Below are positions 1-12,647 of a stretch of DNA of 64,000 bases, one piece after another. Every line of letters starts with the position of its first letter. The first letter of the stretch is position 1. A program made the position numbers and the translations under genes. The DNA comes from Takakia lepidozioides. Lineage: Eukaryota; Plantae; Bryophyta. The stretch spans positions 3,162,001 through 3,226,000 of the forward strand of contig CM060734.1 of the NCBI GenBank assembly GCA_030704615.1, given 5' to 3'. The notes below the pieces were generated by a model that had not been told where the DNA came from, ran no database searches, and worked only from the letters and a program-made list of their open reading frames with translations.

Positions 1-1213
1 ACAAAGTAGGCCACCAGTATCCTGCGAGTAGTATCTTTCTACTGGTAGTCTCTTCTCCAAAATGACCTCCAGCCACTCCTTTATGAACTTCCGCCAAAAC
101 TTTATTTACTTCATGGTGGTACAAGCATCGTTTTAGTACTCCATCAGGTCCTAACTTATACATTCTGCTTCCTACCATAGTATAAGGTAAAGCTTTGATA
201 GCGATTCTCTTCCTCTGCTCCTTACCATAACTAGGTGGGCACTAACCATGAGCAAGGTAGTATCTGATTGGCCACTGCCAATCTAACCAGTCATCTGCAC
301 TTCCCTGCACCTCCACTGCAAAGAGACTCGCATCTGGTAATTGATCATCTATTCCTGTGGCTGGTTCTCCTGTTGACAATCGTGACAAATGATCCGCCAC
401 AAGATGCAGTCTCCCAGGCTTGTAAACAACCTCGAACTCAAACTCGTGCAAGATTATCAACCATCTTGTTATTCTTCCGCTTATCAGAGGTTTGTTTACC
501 AGGTATATCAGAGCCTGGTGATCCACATAGAACATAAACTTCTTACCCAACAGGTAATGCCTGAATTTCTTCACTGCATGATCATTGCCAATGCTTCTCT
601 TTCCGTTGTGCTATAGTTCCTCTCAGCACTGTTCATCAACCGGCTAGCATAGTACACAGGTGAATCTATATTCCCTGTAACATTCTGGGCTAACACCGCT
701 CCCAACGCTTCTCCTGATGCATCGCAGTGAACATGGAATACTACATGCCAGTGAGGGTTAATCAGCACAGGTGTAGTTGTTACTGACAGTGTAAGTTCCT
801 CAAATGCCTGTTGACATTCAGCTGTCCAGGCAAACACTGCATCTTTCTTCAGTAGTTTGCTCAATGGTGCTGCTATTTGTGCATACCTTTTGACAAATCT
901 CCTGTAATAACTGGTTTGCCCAAGGAATCTCCGTAGACTTTTAACATTCACTGGTGGTGGAGAGGCTTTAATGGACTCTGTCTTTCTGGGATCCATAAGG
1001 AGTCCCTTCTTACACACAATGTGTCCCAGAAGCACCCCTGAGTTCACACAGAAAGTACACTTCTCTGGATTCAGGCCCAGACCTCTCATCCTGCATCTGG
1101 CCAAACATAACTCCAATTTATGCAAGTGCTCACTCTTAGAGCTGTACACACTGAAATCATCCAGATACTCATGAAAAGATTCACTTATCACTCTCTGAAA
1201 GGTCGCTGGTGCA
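1..1213 (-). pseudogene. Ty3/Gypsy pol fragment (RT C-term, RNase H, integrase N-term), Ogre/Tat-like family
   Basis: ORFs 571-1191 (YLDDFSVYS; HCDASG; RNYSTTEREAL) and 242-574 (VDHQAL, VADHLSRL). Near-collinear inverted copy of 15230-16470. Confidence 0.92.
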
Positions 1214-2319
1214 GCGGGTGCAAGAGTTTGCCAATTCCCTCAGTGTCGACCTCCTGCGCAAGTCGGAGGCAAAGGCAGACAGAACCTGATATAGGCTGAG
1301 CGTCGACGCCATGGTGGACTACATATTTCAGGTAAAGCTCTTGACAGTTTTGTTGAGCTAATCTGTCTCTCCTCCCCCAATAGAAGAAAAGGTCTTCACC
1401 GTGATTTCTAATCTCCTCCCCCAATAGAAGAAATTGTGTTGAGCAGGATCTCTAATCTTATGTGCGTATTCTTGACAGACGAAAATACAGCAGGATTTGG
1501 CACATGCGTGGAGGTTCTACATGGAGTCAGAGGAGAAGAATCCAACCCTCCCGGCACTCGAATCGTATGTCAAAGCTGCGGAGGTGAGGGCCCGCATAAA
1601 GTACAAGTCGCGGATGGTAAAGTACGTGGCCATAGCTGATCCCGCCCTTGGTGCCGACTTTCTGGTGGAGGTGGGGAAGCACTACTCTCGTGCTCTGAAG
1701 CCCACGATGACATTGGAGAAGCTCCATCGTCTAGCCACATCCTGTGTGGATGCAACAGAAAAGGTGATACATTCTTAACCAAATTGTGGTGGCAACAACT
1801 CCTTTTTGTGGTGTTTGGCGCTTACGAATATGCTGGGTGGTTGGACACCCGGTGGCTCCAAATCTGGAATGGTTCCCAAAGTACCAGGGACATGTGGAGC
1901 TTCCCCAAACCGGACAAACTCTCTGACCCCACATTCGACATGTGGATGAACCGCATGACATGGTGGTTTCAGGTACTTCCCCACGCTTCGTTTGGGGCTT
2001 CTACTCTAGTAGGGGGTGGATTCATTGTATTTTTTCAGGAAAGCGATCTGATGGAGAATCTCCACAGGTGACAACGAATGCGCAAGAGCAGCTGGACACA
2101 CAAGCACATCAGTTCAAGATGGAGATATCTCCTGCAGCAGAGAGCCTACGTGACTATGTGACGAGGTACTTTCTGCTCTACAAAACCAACCTATTCTTTC
2201 GGGAGATAGCAGATGCTCGCCGGAGCCACGAGTTCACCGACCAGCCGAACGCGGACAAAGCAGCAATGCGCCTTCTGTACAGGTACATACGCGCTCTGGG
2301 GTACAGCAGACTAAGGTAG
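1214..2319 (+). pseudogene. Internal exons of the ParB/amino-MTase-like gene (diverged copy)
   Basis: Peptides DRT*YRLSVDAMVDYIFQ, DLAHAWRFYMESE...LEKLHRLATSCV, WLQIWN...NRMTWWFQ and NLFFREIADARRSHEFT match exons at 7979-9054. GT-AG introns fall at the same positions. Confidence 0.8.
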
Positions 2320-2764
2320 AGTCCATTGCACAGGTTCCACGCCCCATGGATGTGAGCCGAGTTCGAGCTTTCATGGGGTTAGCAAACTATTATAGACGGT
2401 TTGTTAAGGGATTTAGTGCCATTGCAAAGGCTCTAACCAAGCTGACCAAGGTGGACCAGGAGTGGCAGTGGGAAGATAAGCAAGAACAAGCTTTTCAAGA
2501 GCTCAAGGCGAGGTTGACCTCGGCGCCCATCTTGAGACGACCTATCAGGGGCCGTCCTTTTCAGCTGCATACATATTGGAGCATGTTGGGGCTTGAAGCG
2601 GTGCTCACACAGGTGGATGATGAGGGAAGAGAGTTCGTAGTGGCTTATGCTAGCCGCTCGAACAACGTTGCAGAGTCTAAGTATAGCTCATATGAGGGAG
2701 AATGCTTAGCTGCAGTGTGGGCCGTGGCACATTTCAGGTGCTATCTATACGACAATCTCTTCAC
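2320..2764 (+). pseudogene. RT-connection/RNase H fragment of the DNMT-carrying Gypsy family
   Basis: VRAFMGLANYYRRFV...YSSYEGECLAAVWAV, nearly identical to 38031-38440. Confidence 0.9.
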
Positions 2765-3725
2765 CCAATCTCCTAGGTGTCCCTTCTGCAAGCCATACTT
2801 GCGCAAACCCCTCTTTACTGTCTGAACAACTCTCTCTGCCAAGCCATCGGCCTCAGGATGATCCCGAGAAGTGGTGCGGTGGTCTATCAAGGCCTTGTCA
2901 CACAAAGCCTGAAACTCCCCCAAGAACTCTCTCCCTTGGTCCGTGAGTACCTCAGCTGGAGCACCGAATCGGCTAAGCACACAATCCAAGAATGCATACG
3001 CAGCTCCCTCACTAGCCTTATCAGGCAATGGAACCAATTCAATCCACTTGGAAAAGTGCTCTACCTTCACCAACATGTACTTGTTGTGGCGCATGGTAAG
3101 TGGCAACGGCCCTGCGAAGTCAAGACTCCACCTGTAGCCCAATCCCATGATCGGAAGAGGGTGCAATTGTGGAGTAGGGGCGTTGAATGAAGCACGCACC
3201 CTGTCACACACCATGCACCTAGCCACAAATTGTTGCACCTCTGTGTGCATACCACGCCACCAATACTGCCCCTGTAGTAGACTATGAGTGCGTCGCACCC
3301 CAAAATGCCCCAACTCCTCATGGGCATGCCGCACTAACCGTGCCCGCTGTGTTGGGTGAGGCACAATCCTCACTCGACCATCCTCCCACACTCGGAGCAG
3401 GTGTGTCCCTTCCCACTTGAACCTCTTGGCTCGTTGTAGGATCCGATCCCTCTCCTTGGCAGTCATAGTGGCTGCAGTGTCTCCAGTGCGGCGGTAGTCC
3501 AACACAACTGAATCCTCATGTATATCTTTGGCGCCACCTTGTTCATTGCTGGCCTCAGGGTCCTCAGACACTTGATCTACAGTCATCCCTATTGCAGGTC
3601 CAACCTAGCCTTCCGCTGCCAAGATACACAGAAATGCAGATGCATGCCATCCGGGCATCATCTCCTCGTCCGTCTCACCATGCCACCGAGCTCCAGTGTC
3701 ATCCTGTTGGCTCATGCATGGATTG
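2765..3725 (-). pseudogene. Integrase fragment of the DNMT-carrying Gypsy family (inverted)
   Basis: ORF 2741-3586: HEELGH...CMVC zinc finger, SLDFAGP, LTDQGREF, GLAERVVQT. Matches 38590-39560. Confidence 0.92.
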
Positions 3726-4561
3726 CGACTCTCCAGGGTCGCAACGGGACATACTGGGTAGTGATGGACGTACACTACCTGAGCCTTAGGCAGAGACGGC
3801 TAAGTACGCGGTACTTAGCCAATGGCGGGACAAGGGTACATTACCACGAGAGCAGTAGTGGGTAGTGTAGTAACCGTGAGCCGTGAACCACCATATCACA
3901 CGGTCACGTTAGCATAGGCTTTAACCAATAGAGGGAGTAGTGGACCGTTTACCACTATTGCTCACGACCACTACAACGAGCCACTTTTTAGCAAATCTTT
4001 TAGGTTGCGTAGGCAGTTAGGCAAACGGTCATTAACGACCACAGGCTGTAACGGCTCTTTTGAGCATAGTATAAAAAGACTGCACGCAACTTAGAGTGTG
4101 TGCAATATGAGTAGGAGTATCAGTGATCACTGTGTACTTCTGTGATGATGTGACGAACTCTGAAGTAAAGCCATGCTATTCGAAGTATCGCTGTTTAGAG
4201 TGAATGTGAGATGGAGAGAATGTGCATTATGAGAGAACGTGAGATGGTGAGAATGTGTATCATCTTAAAATAGTTCTTGTTTTATCTTGACTACCATCTG
4301 CTTGTATGAACAGAGAGGCTTCAGTCTTTTTGACTAAGATCTTTTATGCTAAAGAGACTGTAGATTGGGCTTAATCAATAGGATTAAGCAGCCTGCAGGG
4401 ATATGGCTTCATACGATGTTCATGGTTTAGCTATCCTTAAAATGATTACTTCGTAATCGTTTCTGGAAGCATACCATCGGACAACCTCTGTTGCATGTCT
4501 TAGGAAACGGGCAGTAGTGTTGATAGCCTGTTTTGTCTAAGTCATAAACCAGCTGTTAACA
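3726..4561 (+). repeat. 5'-truncated LTR of an Ogre/Tat-like Gypsy element
   Basis: Non-coding; ends ...TGTTAACA immediately before a PBS. Left boundary approximate. Confidence 0.65.
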
Positions 4562-4562
4562 T

Positions 4563-5030
4563 TTGGCGACCATACTGGGGACTAACGGTATGTTGAGCTC
4601 AAAAGTACTCAAAGAAGGATGGTTACTCAGAGATTTCTTGAAATCACGACAGAACGAGTCAACAGAAGCAAAGGAATGGAAAACATTACTGGGAAAATTT
4701 CATGGTTTACCAAAAGCAATACAACAGAAAATCTTTCTTTCAGTCGCGAAAGAAGATGACAAATGGGGATTGAAGGGAGGAGTGATCAGTATTATACGAG
4801 CACCCTGGGAATGTAGGACTAGAAGTGAAGAGTGGTTGTCTTGTCTAGCTCTATTGATTACTCTAATACCTATCAAAAAAGTTTGTTACACTAGTTATAT
4901 TTTCAGAGAAGGATGTTCAAATTATGAATATTGTCACACGATCATAGAAGCAGTAGAGTACTGGATACCCAAAGACTTATTGCAAGTCAGATACACTGAA
5001 AAAGATAGATGGTATTATTGTGCCCATTAA
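4563..5030 (+). CDS. Extra 5' ORF upstream of gag, unknown function
   Basis: 155 aa between PBS and gag; homologous to 23074-23769 (F..LP......I...V...D..WGL..GVI.I; WIPKD.L). Confidence 0.6.
   Translation: MATILGTNGMLSSKVLKEGWLLRDFLKSRQNESTEAKEWKTLLGKFHGLPKAIQQKIFLSVAKEDDKWGLKGGVISIIRAPWECRTRSEEWLSCLALLITLIPIKKVCYTSYIFREGCSNYEYCHTIIEAVEYWIPKDLLQVRYTEKDRWYYCAH
4564..4581 (+). promoter_or_regulatory. Primer-binding site TGGCGACCATACTGGGGA
   Basis: TGG-starting 18-mer 2 nt after LTR CA; identical at 23184. Resembles the Ogre-type (tRNA-Arg-like) PBS. Confidence 0.8.
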
Positions 5031-5189
5031 AAAGTTTGGTGATCAATCAGTAAAAAGGAAAATTAAGTCGTAATACGGATTCTTGCAAGATAGGATAAAT
5101 CTTGAAGAAAGGGTAGAGACATTATAAATTTTCTTTACTGACATACCAAGACTGTTTAAAGGGTACCGAAAAGGAATTCTACATATGAT

Positions 5190-7090
5190 GTGGGAATGAA
5201 TGAGGAAATTAAAGAAAAAGCTAAACAAGACAGAGCTGAACGAATAGAGAAATATGTTGTAGAAAGGGAGGCTCGGTTAAAAGAAGAATTTCCAGAATTA
5301 CAGAACTTGAAAATTATTCAAGGTGAGACATCAAACAGTGATAAACCAGAAGATCAGGAAATCGGATCGGTGGGAAGTGGGAACACTACACCAGAAGAAG
5401 TTGCTAGTAATGTACTTGGTGAATGGTTACCACAAGAAAGATCTGAAGGACCTTCTACAGTAACAAGCCCAAATCGAGGTTTTGCTGAAATATTAGAAGA
5501 AAGATTTGAGAACATTTTGAGTGAAGAAGGTGAAAGAAGTGAAAGCACTTCTCCAGAAAGGATAACCAGAACTGCACTCAAAACTTTTAAAGATTCATTA
5601 AGCTTAGTAGGGACAGCAGCTGGAAGACGACTATCATTGGGACAAGGACCTCCTAGCTTTGAATCACTGTTTGGAAGACAAACACCAACACCACCACAGC
5701 CAGCAGCAGCGGGACCATCCCAGTTTGGACAACCAGTTGCACCAGCTGCACCGATGGCTTTAGCAGCAAGCAAAACCAGACCACCATTTCCTTTATATGA
5801 TGGGAAATCTGATCCAGATATCCATCTTAATCAATTTGAAAACATGTGCACCATTTACAATGAAGCAACAGACCAAGAGAAGATCCGACTATTTCCTTGT
5901 TCAATGGCTCGGAAAGGCATTGAATGGTTGGCAACTTTCCCAGCCAATCACTTTGCAAATTGGGCGGATATGAGAGCCGCGTTTCAAGAAAGATATAGAT
6001 CCAACAAATCCACGTATGAAATCTTCACAGGATTACAGAACCTAAGACAGAAAAAAAAAAAATTGGTAGTCGACTACCTGGAGAGGATGAAGACTCTGAT
6101 CAGGAAACTACCTCAAGCACCAGGGGATGATTTGCAAAAATCATGGTTCATCAATGGACTTCGTCCTGAATACGTAACCATGGTTACAGTCATGCCTAAC
6201 AACACTTTGGCTGAAGCAGTAGGGACTGCAAAGAAGTTGGAATTGGGATTCCATCAGAGCATAAGCAAAGATTCCAAGGATCTCTTGGAAGAAGAAGACT
6301 CTGATGATGAAAAAAAAGCCCAAGCAAAAGAAGAAAGAAGTGATTGGCAAAACCACTTTGGATCAGAGGATAGCAGAGGCTATCAAGAATTTTAAAGATG
6401 AAGGGCCACGAAAGGCAACATGGTGTCACAAATGCGGGACTACAAGAACCTGGCAACATAATGCTATATGAAGGACAAATACTGTGATATTTGTCATATG
6501 AACAATCATAATACCAGCCATTGTATTTACAACCAACGGGCCAAGAAGACTGGGTACACACGAGAGGTGGGGGTACACCAAGTCCAAATTCGACGGGGAG
6601 GATCGGACGAACCAAGACGATACAATATGGGTAATCGTTATCAGAGGCCACGAAATGAATATCCACCAAGGGATAGGGAACATCAACCCAGAAACAAAGA
6701 AAGCACGAGATGCCACTATTGCAAGAAAGAGGGACACTGGAAACATGAATGCCAGTTGCGAATCAAGCATGAGGCAGAAGTGGGAAACATGGAAGCCGGA
6801 CCAAGTGTAGCCGTAAGTGTGGTAACCCCTGTAGTGGATACCCTTGCGGTAACCCGAACTCAAGCCAAGCAACAAAAACCTCCATATAAGGAGATTGAAG
6901 AAGAACGGAAACGATATCCAGAAAGTGCAGCATGGCAGGAGGAAAAGAGCTTACACCAGGAAGTAAGTAAAGTCATAGCTCAAATGCAAGAGGGAACCCA
7001 TATACCTTCTGGAGAGCCAACTCCAGATAAGCAAATCAGACCAACGGTGAAGACCATGAATACAACCACGGAAACAGAATTGGCTGAAGT
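5190..7090 (+). pseudogene. gag: Gag (retrotransposon gag domain plus zinc knuckles), frameshifted and truncated
   Basis: PFPLYDGKSDPDIHL...RLFPCSM...FINGLRP; CDICHMNNHNTSHC and CHYCKKEGHWKHEC. Cut near 7090 by the ParB/MTase unit. Confidence 0.9.
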
Positions 7091-7103
7091 AATCTGCCTG
7101 CAG

Positions 7104-10100
7104 ATGTTGGGGCCGACTCTGCTGCAGCGAAGGCAATGGGATCGACCGTTGATCTCGATTTGGTACCGGAGGAGGGTGCTGCCGCTCAATGTTCGCAGCA
7201 AGACCTCACCACCGATGAGCAAGCAGGCCCGGAGGAGGCCTCTGCAATGGCAGAATTGCCCGCAGACAGGCCCCAGAGTGCAGCTCCAGTTGAGGATGCT
7301 CCAGCTGCTCAGCCACTACCGGCACTTACAGACATGTCTCCGGAGGATTTCAAAGGTGCAGCGGATAAAATGTTGGAGGAGACACACAGTAGCATTGGCA
7401 GAGTTCTGGGCAGCAGGGTATTCCAGCGGACTCTTCGAATCCCACTCTGTCGCATGGTCTCCCTTCCCATTGTCAGGCAGGCCCTTCCCGGAGATGTGGA
7501 TAAGCTCAAGTTCGCATTTCGAGAAGGGTACCGTCTGGGATCGGCAGCGTTTTACGTTTCCATTGAGAATGAGGACGGCAAAACTCGTGGACCCACTGCC
7601 GATGAATTGTCAACGTGGGATACCCACTGGCACACTCGCAACGACGAATTCGAGGCGACGCTGAAGGGTGATCCAGACTTCGGCCATATGTCGGGTAAAA
7701 TGTTTTTTGTGTGGGACGGGAATCACCAACTTCTCGCCTGGTGGGAGTACATCAAGCAGAACCATGCCAAGCACATTGGCTGGCATTACATGGTGGAGTG
7801 TGTCATCCTGAAGGTGAAGGCGGCAGACTCCTCCCTGCTCAAGAATGCCATGGTGGACCTCAACTCGTAAGATACTCATACCCTCCCTAGCACGTTCGAA
7901 ATGCGGTGCCGCATTTCGGTTTCCATTCTGGTTTGTTTCCGTGCTTCCGTGTACTGAACTGGAGAGTGTGCCTTGCAGGGTCACTGAGAATGCGTACGTG
8001 CATACCCACATGGCACATATGTTGTACAGGGTGAGGAAAACTGGTCTCACTGATCCGCAGATGTTTGCGGAAATGCTGGAGCCCGAGCTCATTCAGAAAG
8101 CCGTTGCAAAAACAGACCGGACATGGTATCGTCTCACTATGGATGGAATGGTGGAGGTGATATACGAAGTAAGTCGTCCTCCAATTTCCCTCTGCTCATC
8201 CTTCCCCAATTTTCAGTAATGTTTCCACATGAATCGAATGTAACGCTTCTGCATGTTTTTGTTGGCAGTCAAACATCAAGCTGGATTTGGCCCATGCCAA
8301 ACGCTTCTTCATGGAAAGTGAGGGGCAGGTCAAAATGTTGCAGTCATTGACTGAGCACTTGAAGGAAGCCGGTGTCAAGTCCAGAACCAAATACAAGTCA
8401 AAGCTTGTGAAGCTGGTGGCAATTGCAGATCCGGCACTTGGAAAGGACTTCATCCCCGAGATTGCAAAACACTATTCTCGGGCCATGCAGCCGACCATGC
8501 AATTGGAGAAACTGCATCACCTCTCAACGGCATGTGTGGAGGCGAAAGAGAAGGTGAGGTTTCAATGCACTGAAGTTCCTTCCTAGCAATAGCCACTCTC
8601 TTCCAGCTCCTGACATTGGATCGGAAATGGCAGACACGGTGGCTGTCGATCTGGAATGCATCCGAGAGCATGAGGACAATGTGGTCTTTTCCACTGGAAG
8701 TTTCCGACCCTGCAGTGGATGTGTGGCTCAACCGTATGACTTGGTGGTTCCAGGTAATTCAAGGTACTTCCCCAGATTTGCTTTTCTGACATGAATTCCC
8801 TGAACTGCTACGTGACAATGCATTTGGGAATCGCAGGTAATGTCGAATGCGAAGGAGCAAGTCGTAATGCACACAAATTCGTTCGGCTTGTACGTCAAAT
8901 GGGATGGAACACAGACATTGGAAGACTACGTGACACGTTTCAGATGTGCGTACAAGGACAACCTTTTCGCCAGAGAGCTACAGACAGCAAGAAGGAGCGT
9001 GGAGTTTACACATCAGGAGGGAGCGGGGAAAGCTGCAATGCGAATTGTTTACAGGTGAAGCACAGCTGCCCTTGTATGCGAAGCCTGGTTACGAGGTTTG
9101 TCTCGGAAATGCGGCACCGCATTCGCATTTTATGTTTTCGGTGGCACTCTGCGAGTAGGTTGGTCTCAACTTTTGCTCACGCATGCTGACTGCCTTGCAG
9201 GTATATGAAATACGTGCTCCTTCAGACAGGGGCCCTGGCTCAAGAGCCCCCATTCTTCATGGCTTGGACCGTGGCGGGCCCAAGTTGTGTCTACACACCC
9301 GAGATGCAGAAACAATGGCATCCCGCGCATCTCGTTGGATGCCCGTGGTACCTAGACATGTCTGGCGGTATTGTTGACGAGTCTGAGAAAGATCTGCACG
9401 CCTTGGCAGAAGAGAAGAGAAAGGAAAGACGTGTCCCTGCTGGGCCAAAGTCGGCAAAGGAATCTGCTGCTCTGGAAGAATCCAGAAAGGCAGCTGAGAT
9501 GGCACAAAAGACGGTGGATGCAGCTGTGCAGGCCCAACAGAAGGGGTCGAAGAAGAGGACTCGCCAGCAAGGAGCAGCTGTTGTGACACCCGCCAAAACG
9601 AAGAAGCAGAAATAGCTTGTTCAGGAAGAGGGTGAGGAAGAGGACTCCGATGGAGACTTTGCAACCAGCCCACCCCCCCAAACGCAGGCTGCCTCCCCTG
9701 TGCCCACCGTTGTCACGAGAGGCACGAGAATTGGCTCGGCAAAGAAGGCACTCTTCAACCCCCCAGGGGGGCACCCTTTCGAGCCGGTGGAAATGAAGAG
9801 GCCGAAAGTGGCTCCCGAAACAGTAGTCCAGTGTGTAAATGAGAGTTTCTTGGCGGCTTTGGATGGACGGGCAGCCAAGTTGGCACACATGAAGACCATG
9901 GAGGGTCTGAAGGGCAGAGCACTGAAGAAGGCGACTGCCAAAGAGCCTTCCGACACCCCAGGATTTCAGAATATGGTCTCGTTCTTTGAGAGGGTGTGTG
10001 CAGACAAGGATTGTAGGAGGGGCGGAAATGCCACAGAGTGGTCTTGCGATATGATCATCTTGGATATTCCGGACGGAGAGCCTGTGGAAGGACTGCAAGC

Positions 10101-11553
10101 TTTGCCATCTTGGAACAGGTACTCGGAGGACTTTTGGAAGAAAGGATTCGGGCTTGCCCGCATGGTGTTGGACGACAGAGGCTGTGTGGTTGTCCTGGCG
10201 AGCAGAGGAAAAAACACTCAGACAGGAATTGCGAAGTGGACCCGCAAGAGCGCCGTCCCGATTCTGAAAAAGAAGTGGACGTGCATCAACACACTGGGCC
10301 TTCGGTCGGAAGGGAAGAAGGTGATTACGACACTGGCACTCGTCCATTCATTTGCTTGGGTGTTTTCAAATGCGGTGCCGCATTCGGTTTCTAATCGTTT
10401 TCCCCCTGTGTATGCAGACGAAGCAGTTCGATGCATACTGCTTTGTGAAGAGAACTCCACCTTTGCTTTCCGGAAGGAGGGAGGAAAGGTTGACCCGAAC
10501 TGCGACCCACTCGATTACGACGTTCTGTTCAACAACATTCCCAAGGAACTTCTCCCTCATAGCCTCACTTCAACGGAACCCCTGCGGTACTCACGGACTC
10601 GGAGCCCTGCCTTCATTCAGACAATTATGGAGACATGCACAGACGTGGAGGGCACAGTGCTCGACCTCATCTATGGGACAGGTATGCAGAATCTTGATCT
10701 ATGTTGTTCTGCAAATTCTCGTTAGGATGTAGTTCGCAACATCTGAAGCGCCATGTGGTAATGTGTGGATGGCATTGTAACAGGTGCCTCAATGTGGGCT
10801 GGGCGGTTTTCCGACCGGCACCTCTTTGCCTACGAGGAGGATTCATCCGTGTGGGGATCCCATCTGGAAGGGCTGCAACGGATTGTTAAGGCTCCCGACA
10901 GAGCGGAAGTCTCCTCGGATTCGTCGGAGTCCGAGGAAGACACAGTGGACATTGATGCAGAGGAGAACCCGGAATACGAGTGAGTGCAAACATTGTAAGT
11001 TTGCAAAGCCTTCTGGGTCATTTATGTCAAACAAATTTCCTGACTATGGTTCTCATTAGTCTCGTTGATGATTGTCATGTGCAGGATTGCAGGGTCCGGG
11101 TCGAAACATGTAGGGCCTACACTTCCTGCCAGGAAGAATGTCCCGTTCTTTGCGAGGGCCGACTTCATGACGAGCCCGGTGAGGGACTACTCCCTTCCTA
11201 GTTATGCAGCTAAACTCGCAAATACAGCGATTAGAAGAAGTGAGAATCCCAGTAAAGTAGAGCAGATTTTGGAGAGGGCTAGGGAGGACAGAAGGATAAG
11301 GAAAGAGTTGGTAGCAGCTCAGACAGGTAGACGAGTACGAAAGTACATATGTGATTCAGCGGATGAGAGCGACGCAGACAGGGAGGAAGACGACCCAACG
11401 GAGGTGAGATGGACAGTTCCGCAAGGGGAAGATGGGATTTTCGAAAGCCTGGCCAACGAGCAGTCCGCTGGAGATGAGAAAGGCACTGAGGGGGTGGAGG
11501 CGGAGCAGGACAGTCTAGAACAGGATGAGGATTCGGATGATTTTCAAGATTGA
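7104..11553 (+). pseudogene. Spliced gene: ParB/Srx-like domain, helical region, beta-class N6A/N4C DNA methyltransferase-like domain, acidic tail
   Basis: Approximate exons 7104-7866, 7979-8168, 8269-8553, 8607-8753, 8837-9054, 9201-~10340, 10418-10681, 10784-10979, 11085-11553. Motifs FFVWDGNHQL (ParB-like); DMIILDIPDG (motif IV-like), ARMVLDDRGCVVV, RSPAFIQTIMETCTDVEGTVLDLIYGTG-ASMWAGRFSDRHLFAYEED (motifs X-I-II). Internal stop at 9613-9615 and a probable frameshift near 10450. Confidence 0.75.
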
Positions 11554-11690
11554 TAGAATTTTAATGAAGTCTCTGTAAATGTAAATTCTCTTTCAGAGTA
11601 TATAAAGGAAATTCTGCCAGACATTCGTGACCCCTCTCCAGTGTGCATTCCTGCCACACAATCGTTGAAACCACGACGCTCCCAAAATCA

Positions 11691-12390
11691 GAAATGGGGC
11701 ACCGCATTTCCAAAATTTTGGCAACTCTAAGAACCTCTTTTGGAAATGCGGCACCGCATTTCCAAAATAGGGGAGGGACTAAATTTTCCATTTCAATGTT
11801 GGCATAGTAAAAAGTAATCGGCCGATTGCAAATGCGGTGCCGCATTTCCAAAATTTCCTTTGTCCACACGCCAGTTTTGGCCTCTCCCGCTCATTGCATG
11901 GATGCCACCACGCTTACAGAGGTCGAACAAGGAGGTCGAACAAGGAGGTCGAGATGGCGGAATTGAAAATGCGGTGCCGCATTTCCATATTGGGGATGGT
12001 CGTTGTTCGAACTGCAGGCCCATCACCAAAAATTGGCACCGCATTCCATTGTAAAAAAAAAGTCGATGACGGACATGGAAATGCGGCGCCGCATTTCCAG
12101 AACGGACATCGCAATTTGTCCATTTGCAGACCCTCTCACGGAAATGCGGTAACGCATTCCATCGCGTTGGTCGGAAATGTCACACTTTTCGAAGTGTTGG
12201 ACGGAAATGCGGCACCGCATTCCCTTGTCCAAAAAGAAGTTTCCATTGCCAAGCTGGAAATGTCGCCGCATTTGCAATGCCAACCTCGTTGTCTGTCCAA
12301 TTTATAGACCCGTGTTGGTATTTCGTGTACCTGGACGGAAATGATGCACCGCATTTCCTTGTCCCACATGGAAATGCGGTGCCGCATTTC
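11691..12390. repeat. Array of ~11 copies of 22-bp palindrome GGAAATGCGGYRCCGCATTTCC
   Basis: Copies at about 11691, 11742, 11829, 11965, 12029, 12077 (perfect), 12140, 12203, 12256, 12337 and 12370, with irregular unique spacers. Confidence 0.92.
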
Positions 12391-12647
12391 AATGTCCGAC
12401 ATGGCGTTACTCTGGTATATTCTTGACACATGACTCACATACCGGTTACTCTGCTATATTCATCCGGACAGACACATTGTAGAAATGAGACATCAAATTG
12501 TAAACAGTGGGCCAATTCCGACAGTTATTCAACAGAATGAAACACAATCATACAGAAGTGAGGTACGATGGGTTTATTGATCGGACACGATGTCTCACAT
12601 TTACCAACTGCAGACAAAACTAAGCCCTTCCTCCTTCTACATGGGCT

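Noticed and set aside
6468-7664. 398-aa ORF as one protein
   Set aside because: Chimeric: gag up to about 7090, then an off-frame read of the ParB exon.
11691-12390. CRISPR array
   Set aside because: Spacing is irregular (about 11-115 bp), there are no cas genes, and the context is eukaryotic with introns.
11561-12438. Overlapping ORFs with repeated CGAAFP/MRHRI/NAAPH peptides
   Set aside because: These are translation artefacts of the palindrome array.
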